64,000 nt of DNA from Patescibacteria group bacterium (GTDB taxonomy: Bacteria > Patescibacteriota > Patescibacteriia > UBA9934), in assembly GCA_049296775.1 (NCBI GenBank), contig JBAQTB010000001.1, positions 357,284 to 421,283 on the forward strand, given 5' to 3'. A program made the position numbers and the translations under genes. Each line of letters begins with the position of its first letter. The stretch's first letter is position 1. Below are positions 8,309 to 18,006 of this stretch, piece by piece. The notes beneath the pieces are model-generated. The model worked only from the letters and a program-made list of their open reading frames with translations, searched no databases and was not told the DNA's origin.

Positions 8309-9580
8309 ATGCGCTATTCTAAACTTTTTTCAAAATCTTCCAAAACTCGCCCAGCAGATGCTGAGTCGGTTAACGCTCATTACCTGATTCAGGGGAGTTT
8401 TGTGCATCAAGAAATGGCCGGGGTATATACCTGGTTGCCGCTTGGTTTACGTGTTTTGCGTAAGGTCGAAGAGATTATTCGTGAGGAGATGGATGCGATT
8501 GGCGGCCAAGAAACACGCATGCCGTCTTTGCAATCCAAGGAAGCTTGGCTCAAGACTGGTCGCTGGGATACTACAGATATTTTGTTTAAAATCCCTAGCC
8601 AGACAGATAAAGAATACGCCTTAGGGCCATCACATGAGGAGGTTGCGACTCCGTTAGTGCAGGATTATCTGATCTCTTACAAGGATTTACCGTTGTCTGT
8701 GTACCAGATTGCGACCAAGTTTAGAGATGAATTGCGGGCTAAGAGTGGCGTGATGCGCGGGCGCGAGTTCGGCATGAAAGATATGTATTCATTTCATGCT
8801 ACCCAGGATGACCTGGATCAATATTACGCTCAGGTACAGCAAGCTTATCTGAAGATCTTTGCTCGTTGTGGGGTAGATGTAAAAGTAACTTTGGCCTCTG
8901 GTGGAATTTTCTCTAAAAAGCATTCGCACGAGTTCCAAATTATCACTCCAGCCGGTGAGGATCTATTGATTGCGTGTTCTAAGTGTACGTTTGCGGAGAA
9001 TACGGAGGTAGCTACCAAACAGGCGGGGGAGGCTTGTCCAAGCTGTGGGACTGAATTGATAGAAACCAAAGGTGTGGAAGCTGCGAATATTTTTGATCTT
9101 GGTACGCGCTACACGGATGCCTTTGGTTTTAAAGTCACGGATGAAAATGGGGAGCATCTGCCAGTGTTGATGGGTTGTTATGGTATTGGCACTACGCGTT
9201 TAGTGGGTGCGATCGTGGAAGCGTCACATGACGATAAGGGGATTATTTGGCCTAAGAACGTGGCGCCGTTTGCTATACATATCGTCGTGTTGGGGTCTAA
9301 AGACGAAGCTGTCCAGGCTACCACGAATGCAGCCGCCGAGAAGTTGTACGCTGACTTGAGGGCGGCCGGCATTGAGGTGTTGATCGACGATCGCGCTGGC
9401 TTATCTGCCGGCGAGAAGTTTGCTAATGCTGATCTCTTGGGTCTGCCGATTAGAGTGGTCGTGAGTGAGAAGTCTTTGAAGGGTGAAGCCTTTGAGGTTA
9501 AATTACGCGCCGGTGGTGAGCCAATCATGGTGCCGGTGGCTGAAGGCGTGGCTCAGTTGATTGAGCTAGCGCAAGCCTAA
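8309..9580 (+). CDS. proS: proline--tRNA ligase (short form lacking INS editing domain)
   Basis: Class II aaRS motifs and ProRS-specific YTWLPLGLRVLRKVEEIIREEM. 423 aa with an anticodon-binding C-terminal domain. No INS insertion and no archaeal-type C-terminal Zn domain. Confidence 0.88.
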   Translation: MRYSKLFSKSSKTRPADAESVNAHYLIQGSFVHQEMAGVYTWLPLGLRVLRKVEEIIREEMDAIGGQETRMPSLQSKEAWLKTGRWDTTDILFKIPSQTDKEYALGPSHEEVATPLVQDYLISYKDLPLSVYQIATKFRDELRAKSGVMRGREFGMKDMYSFHATQDDLDQYYAQVQQAYLKIFARCGVDVKVTLASGGIFSKKHSHEFQIITPAGEDLLIACSKCTFAENTEVATKQAGEACPSCGTELIETKGVEAANIFDLGTRYTDAFGFKVTDENGEHLPVLMGCYGIGTTRLVGAIVEASHDDKGIIWPKNVAPFAIHIVVLGSKDEAVQATTNAAAEKLYADLRAAGIEVLIDDRAGLSAGEKFANADLLGLPIRVVVSEKSLKGEAFEVKLRAGGEPIMVPVAEGVAQLIELAQA

Positions 9581-9587
9581 CAGATAG

Positions 9588-9620
9588 CAAAAAACTAGCC
9601 ATTCAATTGGCTAGTTTTTT
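9588..9620. terminator. bidirectional terminator between proS and hup
   Basis: aaaaaactagcca-ttcaa-tggctagtttttt hairpin flanked by an A-run and a T-run. Confidence 0.65.
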
Positions 9621-9628
9621 GATCGGTA

Positions 9629-9919
9629 CTAAACGGTCTTAGGTTTCTTGAGAGCGTCCTTGAGTGCTTTGCCAGCTTTGAACTTAGGTACGCGGACTTC
9701 TGGTACCTGGATGCGCTCTGAGGGCTTGCGTGGGTTCACACCCATACGTGCAGATCGGGTTCTGGCTGAGAAGGTACCAAAGCCTGCAATGGTGACTTCA
9801 TTGCCTTCAACCAAGGCCTTAGTCACGATCTCTTCATAATGCTCAACGAAGTCTTCCGCCTGTTTCTTAGGGATATCCATGCGTTCAGCCAGACGAAGGG
9901 CTAATTCAGCTTTGTTCAT
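9629..9919 (-). CDS. hup: DNA-binding protein HU
   Basis: MNKAELALRLAERMDIPKKQAEDFVEH...GFGTFSARTRSARMGVNPRKPSERIQVPE: HU/IHF fold with the arm motif. Confidence 0.9.
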   Translation of the reverse strand: MNKAELALRLAERMDIPKKQAEDFVEHYEEIVTKALVEGNEVTIAGFGTFSARTRSARMGVNPRKPSERIQVPEVRVPKFKAGKALKDALKKPKTV

Positions 9920-10008
9920 ATGCAGGTGAAGAACTGAGGACTAAAAACTCGAAGTAGGCTTACTTTAGCCAAGAACTCATTTTTTTGCAAGCCTTGAACC
10001 TAAATTGA

Positions 10009-11604
10009 TTAGCGCGCGTATTCTATGACCCGGGTTTCTCTGATGATCGTGACTTTGACCTCGCCCGGATAAGTTAATTCACTTTCGATCTTTTTGGCTA
10101 CGTCTCTAGCTAATTCGTAAGCTTGGAAGTCGTTAATGGCGGTTGGCTCTACGAACACACGAACTTCTCGACCGGCTTGAATGGCGTAAGCTTTTTCAAC
10201 GCCGCCAAAACTCATAGCTGCAGCCTCAAGATTTTGGAGTCTTTGTAGATATTCTTCCACTGAATTACGACGTGCACCCGGACGGGCACCAGAAATGGCG
10301 TCAGCTGCTTTTACAATCACGCCCTCAATGGTACGCGGTCTGTCTTCATGGTGCGCGATGGACTGGTAGCACAATTCTTCTGGGAAGCCGAACTTGCGCA
10401 TGATGTTGTAACCAATTTGAGGGTGGGCACCTTGCATGTCGTGATCCACCGCCTTGCCGATGTCATGGAACAAGCCACCTTTTTTAAGCGGGAAGGGATC
10501 CATACCTAGCTCTTCACCCAACATGCCGGCGATACGGGCGACTTCCATGGAATGCTGGAGAACATTTTGTCCGTAACTGGTGCGGAACTTTAAACGGCCA
10601 AGAATTGAAGTTAGTTTAGGGTCGATAGACGAGACTGGAATGCCGAGCTCGTACAAGGCGTCTTCTCCAGCTTTACGCATCTCTTTAGCTAAGTCCATTT
10701 TGGCCTCTTTAACAGCATCCTCAATTTTAGCTGGTTGAATGCGGCCGTCTTTCATGAGAATCTCCAAGGCCCGTTTGGCGACTTGGCGGCGAACGGGGGA
10801 GAAACCACTGATAGTAATGGAACCCGGAGTGTCGTCTACAATTAGTTCACAGCCAGTGAGATGCTCAATCGCTTTAATGTTTCTACCCTCGCGGCCAATA
10901 ATGCGACCCTTCATATCTTCACTCGGAAGATCGACGTAGGTAATGGTGGCGTCAACCACGTGGCTGCTGGCAAAGCGTTGAATAACTAGCGAAAGAATCT
11001 TATTCGCCCGTGCTTCCAATTGCTCTTCAGAGACTTGGTCGAGTTTGCGGATCCGGTTCATGAGCGCTTCCTGTTTCTCTTCCTCAACGCGCTTCATGAT
11101 GAACTCCAGGGCTTCATCCCTAGTCATGCCGGCTACTTCCTGCATGCGCGACTCGACTGCAAGTTTGAGTTCAGCAATTTGCACCTGATCTTTTTCGAGT
11201 TTGTCTCTAGCTTCTTCAAGACGATTTTTGCGATTTTCAAAATCGAGCAAGGTTTTATCTAAAGTCTGTTCACGGTCAGCTAAGCGGTTCTGGGCGGTTT
11301 TTAGCTCCTGATCTTTGGATTGGAGTTCTTTAGTCCCATCTTCAACGATTTTAAGCGCCCGTTCCTTGGCTTCAATGATGAGCTTCTGTTCAGAGATTTT
11401 AGCCGTTTCAATGGCTTGGAGTTCGTGACGTTTGGCATCTTCTAAAATTTGGTGTTCTTGGGTTTTAGCGTCTTCTATAAGCTTTTGGGCTCTAGCTTCG
11501 GCGGTATTGGCATTGTTTTTACTGATAATAATGCGTGAGTACCAGCCGCCACTTGCGCCTATCAGAAGACCTGCGGCCGAAGCCAGCAGGAGAGTAATGA
11601 CCAT
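10009..11604 (-). CDS. rny: ribonuclease Y
   Basis: N-terminal TM helix, long coiled coil, KH domain (IIGREGRNIKAIE) and HD domain (HSMEVARIAGMLGEELG...HDIGKAVDH). Confidence 0.9.
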   Translation of the reverse strand: MVITLLLASAAGLLIGASGGWYSRIIISKNNANTAEARAQKLIEDAKTQEHQILEDAKRHELQAIETAKISEQKLIIEAKERALKIVEDGTKELQSKDQELKTAQNRLADREQTLDKTLLDFENRKNRLEEARDKLEKDQVQIAELKLAVESRMQEVAGMTRDEALEFIMKRVEEEKQEALMNRIRKLDQVSEEQLEARANKILSLVIQRFASSHVVDATITYVDLPSEDMKGRIIGREGRNIKAIEHLTGCELIVDDTPGSITISGFSPVRRQVAKRALEILMKDGRIQPAKIEDAVKEAKMDLAKEMRKAGEDALYELGIPVSSIDPKLTSILGRLKFRTSYGQNVLQHSMEVARIAGMLGEELGMDPFPLKKGGLFHDIGKAVDHDMQGAHPQIGYNIMRKFGFPEELCYQSIAHHEDRPRTIEGVIVKAADAISGARPGARRNSVEEYLQRLQNLEAAAMSFGGVEKAYAIQAGREVRVFVEPTAINDFQAYELARDVAKKIESELTYPGEVKVTIIRETRVIEYAR

Positions 11605-11640
11605 AGATGTTTAAAAATTCAAGAAATTCAACGATCTCAA

Positions 11641-12354
11641 CTAGCTAGAGGGTAGCATGTCAATTTGGCTAAAGTCAATCCAATTCTCTGGAGTTAGGGC
11701 GGTGAGGGTGGCAGCGTTAGCCACGGAGTACGGACCGATTTTAGTTCGTCTGAGGGCAGTTAAGTAACCGCCGGAACCTAGACTTTGCCCGAGGTCTCTC
11801 GCCAGAGCCCGGATATACGTGCCAGATGTGCAGACAATCAAGGTCGAAATAGTCACTGGCAGGCGGTAGTCAGGACTAGTTTTTGAGGTTTGTTTGAACT
11901 CATGAATGGTGACGGGTCTCGGGTCGAGCTTGAGTTCAATACCTTGGCGCGCTAGTTCATACATTTTTTTGCCACCTCTTTTGATGGCGGAATGCATGGG
12001 GGGAATTTGTTCGATTTTACCTGTGAGTTGTTTTAGGGCCGTCTTCAGCTGATCCTTGTCTACAATCAATCTGTGGCCTTCCTGTTTACTAACATCAATA
12101 ATCTCCGATTCCGGATCTAGGGTGGGGGTAGTTTCTCCCAAACGAATGTCAGCCAAGTACTCTTTATCCATGCCTACGTACATTTGCAGGTGCTTGGTAG
12201 CGTCTCTGCCCACAGCCACAATCAAAAGCCCGGTTGCAAATGGGTCGAGCGTGCCAGCGTGGCCGATGGTACGTTCACCGGTGATACGCCTGAGTTTATC
12301 CACGACGTCGTGCGATGTAATCCCAGCCGGTTTGTCGATAAGTAGAAATGGCAT
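11641..12354 (-). CDS. truB: tRNA pseudouridine(55) synthase TruB
   Basis: MPFLLIDKPAGITSHDVVDKLRRITGERTIGHAGTLDPFATGLLIVAVG: TruB catalytic Asp motif. Confidence 0.9.
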   Translation of the reverse strand: MPFLLIDKPAGITSHDVVDKLRRITGERTIGHAGTLDPFATGLLIVAVGRDATKHLQMYVGMDKEYLADIRLGETTPTLDPESEIIDVSKQEGHRLIVDKDQLKTALKQLTGKIEQIPPMHSAIKRGGKKMYELARQGIELKLDPRPVTIHEFKQTSKTSPDYRLPVTISTLIVCTSGTYIRALARDLGQSLGSGGYLTALRRTKIGPYSVANAATLTALTPENWIDFSQIDMLPSS

Positions 12355-12440
12355 ATTGATTTTACGTAGAGACGGGTCGAGGCCTGGTTGAATCTCTAGA
12401 AACTCGGCCGAAGACCCGTCTCCTTGCCCCGCACATTCCG

Positions 12441-13037
12441 ATGCACAGAAGCGTTTACGAATGGATGTTAGGTAAACAGTATGCTAATCTAGCGTATATG
12501 TCGATCGCTTCGTCCGATACACGTGGCAATTACGCCTTCATCGATAGTCAGAATTTGAATCTTGGGATTCGTTCTTTGGGATGGTTCTTGAGTTTTCGTC
12601 GATTCCGAGTTTATCTCGCCGAGAAATACGGGGTGAAAAAGGCTTATGTATTTATTGGATACATGGCTGGGAATACACAACTCTACAATGCGCTCCAGGA
12701 TGCTGGTTTCGTGTGTGTATTCAAGCCGACACTTACCTATAAAGACGGTACTACCAAAGGTAATTGTGATGCTGAGCTGGTTTTGCAGGCCATGATTGAT
12801 TTTGCCGAATACGATCAGGCGGTACTTGTGTCAGGGGACGGAGATTTTTATTGTTTGGCTAAACATCTAATCGAGCAAAATAAATTAGCTGCTCTTTTGA
12901 TACCAAATAAGTTCAAGTTTTCTGCACTGCTCAAGTTTGTTGTAATTCGTCCATTCTTACGTTTTATGAACGATCTCGAGCGTAAATTGGCCTATAAAAA
13001 AGAAAAGACCCCGCAAGGACGGAACCTTGAAGGGTAA
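12441..13037 (+). CDS. NYN-domain (LabA-like, PIN-related) protein
   Basis: NYAFIDSQNLNLG...GNCDAELVLQAMIDFAEYDQAVLVSGDGDF matches the NYN/DUF88 pattern (FIDGxN...D..L......D..VLVSGDGDF). Exact start among M1/M9/M20 uncertain. Confidence 0.6.
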   Translation: MHRSVYEWMLGKQYANLAYMSIASSDTRGNYAFIDSQNLNLGIRSLGWFLSFRRFRVYLAEKYGVKKAYVFIGYMAGNTQLYNALQDAGFVCVFKPTLTYKDGTTKGNCDAELVLQAMIDFAEYDQAVLVSGDGDFYCLAKHLIEQNKLAALLIPNKFKFSALLKFVVIRPFLRFMNDLERKLAYKKEKTPQGRNLEG

Positions 13038-13163
13038 CCTTTTCCGTTGGTGATCTATAAGAAGAATATCACAAATTTTACTCTCTGTCAATTGGGTTAC
13101 AACAAGTGAAGATTGGATGTTGAGGTTTCACTAAGGTACTCTGATAAACATTAAATTGGTTAC

Positions 13164-13982
13164 ATGCCAGAACTTCCTGAGGTCGAAACCGTGCGAAGAC
13201 AACTTAACGATCGTATCGCCGGAAAGACGATTCGGGAGGTTTTGGTGTTTCAGACGGGGAGAGAGACACCGGTGGGAGCGGAATTTGTACGGGCCGTGGT
13301 CGGACGAAGTTTGTTGGGTGTGGAGCGTCGGGCCAAGGTGTTGGTATTCCGGTTTGAAGATGGGGGAGCGATGTTGGGGCACCTGAAAATGACGGGTAAA
13401 TTCATTTTTGTGCCCGTTACTCACAGAGATTCTCCGGGTAAACATGACAGAATACTTTTTGTGTTCGATGATGAGACGCAGGTGGTGTGGAGTGACGTGC
13501 GTAAGTTTGGCTATCTAAAATTAGTGACCTCAGATGAGGCTCGTGAAGCTTTGGCACATTACGGGCCTGAGCCCTTGGAGGCGACAGCTCAAGAGCTAGC
13601 TGAACGCCTGGTGCGTAAATCGACACGTACCATTAAAGCAGCTTTGCTCGACCAAACGGTTATTGCAGGTATAGGCAACATCTACGCGGATGAGTCATTG
13701 TTCCGCGCTAACATTAGGCCGACACGGAAGGTCGATAAATTGACGAACGAGGAACGTTTGTTGCTAGCGACCGAGGTCAAAACAGTTTTAGCTGAATCTT
13801 TGGCACAAAATGGAACGAGTGCCAATGATTATGTGGATGCAGATGGCAAGAAAGGTGGCTTTCAGAATTTGCTCAAAGTTTACGGTCGGGGCGGGGAAGC
13901 GTGCATGGTTTGCACGGCACCAATTATTCGGACGGTCGTAGCGCAACGTGGCACGCATTACTGCGCTAAGTGTCAGCGATAG
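13164..13982 (+). CDS. mutM: formamidopyrimidine-DNA glycosylase
   Basis: MPELPEVETVRR N-terminus (catalytic Pro2/Glu3), H2TH region, and a C-terminal zinc finger CMVC...CAKC. Confidence 0.9.
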   Translation: MPELPEVETVRRQLNDRIAGKTIREVLVFQTGRETPVGAEFVRAVVGRSLLGVERRAKVLVFRFEDGGAMLGHLKMTGKFIFVPVTHRDSPGKHDRILFVFDDETQVVWSDVRKFGYLKLVTSDEAREALAHYGPEPLEATAQELAERLVRKSTRTIKAALLDQTVIAGIGNIYADESLFRANIRPTRKVDKLTNEERLLLATEVKTVLAESLAQNGTSANDYVDADGKKGGFQNLLKVYGRGGEACMVCTAPIIRTVVAQRGTHYCAKCQR

Positions 13983-14115
13983 AGTGATCAGGCAAGAAAT
14001 TAGATAGTAGATTTTAGTGTTTAGAATTTAGTCGAAATTATCAAACTCGCTCGTTTGGCTCTAAGATCTAAAGTCTATGATCTAAAATCTTCAGTAATGG
14101 TGTTACAATAATGTC

Positions 14116-14622
14116 ATGTTGAGTTTGCATAATAAATTCATGCGGGGCACCAAATTGGATGTGGGTGTGGGTTTATTGTTGACGGCGTTTGTTGGGTTGA
14201 TTGCGGTCATGATCGTAGGACCGGCACGGCAATTGGCGGCGGAACGGGATGCGGTTAGGACGGAAGATGTCAGGGGGTTGATGACGAAAATTTTGCAATT
14301 AGAGCTGGTTGATCCGGAGGCTTATACACGTTTAGAGGCAGCAGTTCAGCAGGCTGGTGATCTGAGAACGGTGATTGGTTATGGTGATTGTGCTGGTTCT
14401 TTTGGGCGTGAGTGTGCTGATGCCGTCACATCGGATAGCTGTCTGTCTTTGGCTGAGTTTTTCCCTGATTTACTGCTAGCAAGTGTGCCGGTTGATCCGG
14501 CGGAGGGTCGCTATTCAGCGGAGCGGACGGGCTATTATTTGGTCACGGTGGCAGGGGAGCTGGAGGTTGGGGCGTGTGGAGCGGCAAAGGGACCGATTAC
14601 TTTAAGAAAGGCGTTTGAATAG
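14116..14622 (+). CDS. hypothetical membrane-anchored protein
   Basis: 168 aa, one N-terminal TM helix (VGVGLLLTAFVGLIAVMIVGP), no recognised domain. Confidence 0.4.
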   Translation: MLSLHNKFMRGTKLDVGVGLLLTAFVGLIAVMIVGPARQLAAERDAVRTEDVRGLMTKILQLELVDPEAYTRLEAAVQQAGDLRTVIGYGDCAGSFGRECADAVTSDSCLSLAEFFPDLLLASVPVDPAEGRYSAERTGYYLVTVAGELEVGACGAAKGPITLRKAFE

Positions 14623-14676
14623 GGCTAGGAACAAAAAAGCTTTACACAAAGCGTTTTTTCGTTTAAACTCGCACGC

Positions 14677-16704
14677 ATGAATATCTCCGAATTAGCCAGA
14701 CGTTTACGCGTCCCCACTGAAGAATTACGCTCAAAGCTGCCTGAGCTAGGTTTTGATATCGGTAGTAAGGCGCTGAAGGTGCCAGATAAGGACGTTGGTA
14801 AGATCCAGCGCGCTTGGCAAGAGTTCAAGAAGCGTCAGTATCTCCAGAAGAAAATGGAGGAACAGAAGGCTAGAGCTGAGCGTAAGGCTCAGGTAGCCAC
14901 TGGAGACGCGCCTCACGTAAAGATTCCGCCTACTGTGATGGTGCGTGATTTTGCGGCGTCTTTGGATTTGCCGGTCGCTAAGGTCATGCAAGAATTAATG
15001 CGGAGTGGAATTTTGGCGTCCTTGAATGAACGGATCGATTTTGAAACAGCTACAATTATTGCTGAAGATTTAGGGTTCATTGCTGAGTTGCAAGAAGAGC
15101 GTTCAGATGACGTGGCGGAAGTTGGTGAAGATCGTTTGACTCAGGTGCGTGAAGAAGAGAAAACGAGCGCAGATACGGTACCGCGTGCGCCGGTGATTGT
15201 GGTGATGGGTCACGTTGACCATGGCAAGACGTCTTTGTTGGACGTCATTCGGACCACTAACGTGGTTGAAGGTGAGGCCGGGGGTATCACTCAGCATATC
15301 GGTGCGTATCAGGTGGTGCGTCGTGATCGCGCCCTGACTTTTATTGACACTCCAGGTCACGAGGCCTTTACGGTGATGCGTTCCCGTGGTGCCAAGGTGG
15401 CCGATATTGCGATTTTGGTGGTAGCGGCTGATGACGGCGTTCAACCACAAACCAGAGAAGCGATTAGCATTATCAAGGCCGCAAAATTACCGTTCGTGGT
15501 TGCGATTAACAAGATCGATAAAGAAGGTGCTAATCTTGAATTGGTAAAAACCAAGTTGGCTGAGCTGGAGTTGGTGCCAGAAGATTGGGGCGGTAAAACT
15601 ATTTGCGTCCCGATTTCTGCGAAAAAGAATACTAACATCGACGGCCTGTTGGACGTGTTGTTATTGGTAGCAGATTTGGAAAAGGACAATATTGTCGCTG
15701 ATCCTAATCGCCCGGCCGTGGGTACAATTATTGAATCGCGTGTAGACAAGGGGGAGGGTGCCGTGGCGACAATTTTAGTTCAGGCTGGAACTTTGCGTTT
15801 GCAGGATGTTATTGGCGTGCGGGGCGTGAATTATGGCCGAGTACGTGCCATGCGGGCGTTTGACGGTACATCGATTAAAGAAGCTGGACCATCGACCCCG
15901 GTTAAGATTTTGGGCTTAAAGGCAGCTCCGTCGGTTGGTGATGTCTTGGAGGTAGCTTTAGACGCATCTTCTCTGGAGCCTTTGAAGGCGCAGTCATCTA
16001 GAAAGTCCGGTATTGAAGAAATTTCGACTACTTCAACAGCGGCTAAGAAAGAAGAGGATAGTCAGGGAGAGAAAGTTTTCTTGAATGTCTTAGTTAAGGC
16101 TGACGTTTTGGGCTCTTTGGAGGCGGTGATCGGTATGTTGCAGAAGATCAATAATCCACACGTAGGTGTACAGATTGTGGGTAAAGGTCTAGGTAACGTG
16201 ACTGACGCTGAGGTGTTGCGCGCTGAAGCTGGCAAAGCTGTCATTCTGGCGTTTAACGTAAAGCCGGCTGGTGTGGCTGCTCAAATGGCTAGAGACAAGA
16301 ATGTTACTTTAGCGGAGTACTCCGTGATTTATAAGTTGTTTGAAGATGTCGTAGAGCGACTCAAGACTTTGATTCCGTCAGAAAAAGTTTACACTGAACT
16401 TGGCGCGGGTGAGGTTTTGGCCGTTTTCAAGAAGACGGACAAGGGCATGATTATTGGTGCCAAGGTTAAGAAGGGCAAGTTCATTCCTGGTGCGACTTTG
16501 CGTATCTTACGCGGTGAGCAGATTGTGGGTGAAGGTCGGGTGGAGGCACTTCAGAACGGTAAAATGTCGGTAAAAGATGTTTTGGCCGGTCAAGATTGTG
16601 GTTTGTCATTTACGGGCAAGACAAAAATTGAAGTTGGCGATACACTAGAGGCCTACCATGAGGAGCTGCAAGCTCGGACATTGGTAGTCGAGGGAGCTAA
16701 ATAG
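14677..16704 (+). CDS. infB: translation initiation factor IF-2
   Basis: G-domain [17 protein letters not shown]...DTPGHEAF...NKIDK, followed by IF-2 domains; 675 aa (short N-terminus). Confidence 0.92.
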   Translation: MNISELARRLRVPTEELRSKLPELGFDIGSKALKVPDKDVGKIQRAWQEFKKRQYLQKKMEEQKARAERKAQVATGDAPHVKIPPTVMVRDFAASLDLPVAKVMQELMRSGILASLNERIDFETATIIAEDLGFIAELQEERSDDVAEVGEDRLTQVREEEKTSADTVPRAPVIVVMGHVDHGKTSLLDVIRTTNVVEGEAGGITQHIGAYQVVRRDRALTFIDTPGHEAFTVMRSRGAKVADIAILVVAADDGVQPQTREAISIIKAAKLPFVVAINKIDKEGANLELVKTKLAELELVPEDWGGKTICVPISAKKNTNIDGLLDVLLLVADLEKDNIVADPNRPAVGTIIESRVDKGEGAVATILVQAGTLRLQDVIGVRGVNYGRVRAMRAFDGTSIKEAGPSTPVKILGLKAAPSVGDVLEVALDASSLEPLKAQSSRKSGIEEISTTSTAAKKEEDSQGEKVFLNVLVKADVLGSLEAVIGMLQKINNPHVGVQIVGKGLGNVTDAEVLRAEAGKAVILAFNVKPAGVAAQMARDKNVTLAEYSVIYKLFEDVVERLKTLIPSEKVYTELGAGEVLAVFKKTDKGMIIGAKVKKGKFIPGATLRILRGEQIVGEGRVEALQNGKMSVKDVLAGQDCGLSFTGKTKIEVGDTLEAYHEELQARTLVVEGAK

Positions 16705-16733
16705 TGACGTTTAAGCTTTAGTGGAATAGTCTT

Positions 16734-17048
16734 ATGAACGAATTAACCACGGCTAATTTTGACGCTTTCGTAACTCAATCAACCAAGCCGGTTTTAGTCG
16801 ATTTCTGGGCGGTGTGGTGTGGGCCATGCAAAGTCATGGGTCCGATCATTGATGAATTGACCACTGAGATGCCAGAAGTAGAGTTTGCAAAAGTGAATTG
16901 TGATGATCAGTCAGAGTTAGCGATGCGGTTCAATGTGTTGTCGATCCCAACTTTTGTGGTCATGAAAGGCGGCAGTGAAGTAGGACGATTTTCTGGATCC
17001 ATGTCCAAAGAGTCTTTCAAAGATAAGTTAGCCACTTTTACTAAGTAA
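16734..17048 (+). CDS. trxA: thioredoxin
   Basis: WCGPC active site, 104 aa. Confidence 0.92.
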   Translation: MNELTTANFDAFVTQSTKPVLVDFWAVWCGPCKVMGPIIDELTTEMPEVEFAKVNCDDQSELAMRFNVLSIPTFVVMKGGSEVGRFSGSMSKESFKDKLATFTK

Positions 17049-17051
17049 GTT

Positions 17052-17975
17052 ATGTTGCACGATGTCATCATCATCGGGTCTGGACCTGCGGGTTACACGG
17101 CCGCGATTTATGCTGCCAGAGCTGAGTTAAAACCGCTCATGTTTGCTGGTTTGCAGCCTGGGGGTCAATTAATGTTAACGTCTGAGGTAGAAAATTGGCC
17201 AGGAGAAGCAGATGGCGTGATGGGGCCAGACTTGATGGAGAAACTCAAGAAACAGGCGGAACGTTTTGCGACTGATATTCGTCAGGAAGAAATTGCCAAG
17301 GTAGATTTTTCAGCTCGACCTTTTAAGATTACGTCGATTTCTGGCGAGGAGCATCAGGCTAAGGCGGTGATTATTGCCACCGGTGCATCTGCAAAGTGGC
17401 TTGAGGTGCCGGGGGAAAAAGAATTGCAAGGCAAGGGTGTGTCAGCTTGTGCTACGTGTGACGGGTTCTTTTTCCGCGGCAAGGAGGTGAGTGTAGTTGG
17501 CGGGGGAGATTCGGCTATGGAAGAGGCGACTTTCCTCACGCGCTTTGCGACTAAAGTGACTTTGATCCACCGCAGCGAAAGTTTCCGAGCCTCTAAGATT
17601 ATGTTGGAGCGGGCTCAGAAGAATCCCAAGATTAGTTTCATAATGAACACGGTCGTGGAGCAGATTGTGGGCACAGAAAGAGTCACGGGTGTGCGTTTGC
17701 GCAACCAGGTTACGAACGAGGTGACGGAGATGGCGACCGACGGCGTGTTTGCGGCTATTGGCCACAAGCCGAATACGGGAATTTTCAAGGATTTTCTCGA
17801 CCTCGATCAGAAAGGCTACATCGTAATTCAGCCTGGATCGACTAAAACCAAGATTGAAGGAGTGTTCGCTGCCGGAGACGTCGCTGATCACTACTATCGC
17901 CAAGCCGTCACTGCGGCAGGTACGGGTTGTATGGCTGCGTTAGATGCTGAGCGCTGGCTAGCAGCGCAGGAGTAA
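17052..17975 (+). CDS. trxB: thioredoxin-disulfide reductase
   Basis: FAD motif IIGSGPAGYTAA, redox CATC (GKGVSACATCDG), NADPH motif GGGDSA. Confidence 0.92.
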   Translation: MLHDVIIIGSGPAGYTAAIYAARAELKPLMFAGLQPGGQLMLTSEVENWPGEADGVMGPDLMEKLKKQAERFATDIRQEEIAKVDFSARPFKITSISGEEHQAKAVIIATGASAKWLEVPGEKELQGKGVSACATCDGFFFRGKEVSVVGGGDSAMEEATFLTRFATKVTLIHRSESFRASKIMLERAQKNPKISFIMNTVVEQIVGTERVTGVRLRNQVTNEVTEMATDGVFAAIGHKPNTGIFKDFLDLDQKGYIVIQPGSTKTKIEGVFAAGDVADHYYRQAVTAAGTGCMAALDAERWLAAQE

Positions 17976-17980
17976 TTACA

Positions 17981-18006
17981 AAAAACCGCCTACGGGCGGT
18001 TTTTTG
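17981..18006. terminator. bidirectional terminator trxB/rarA
   Basis: aaaaaccgcc-tac-gggcggtttttt. The hairpin overlaps the last codons of rarA. Confidence 0.6.
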
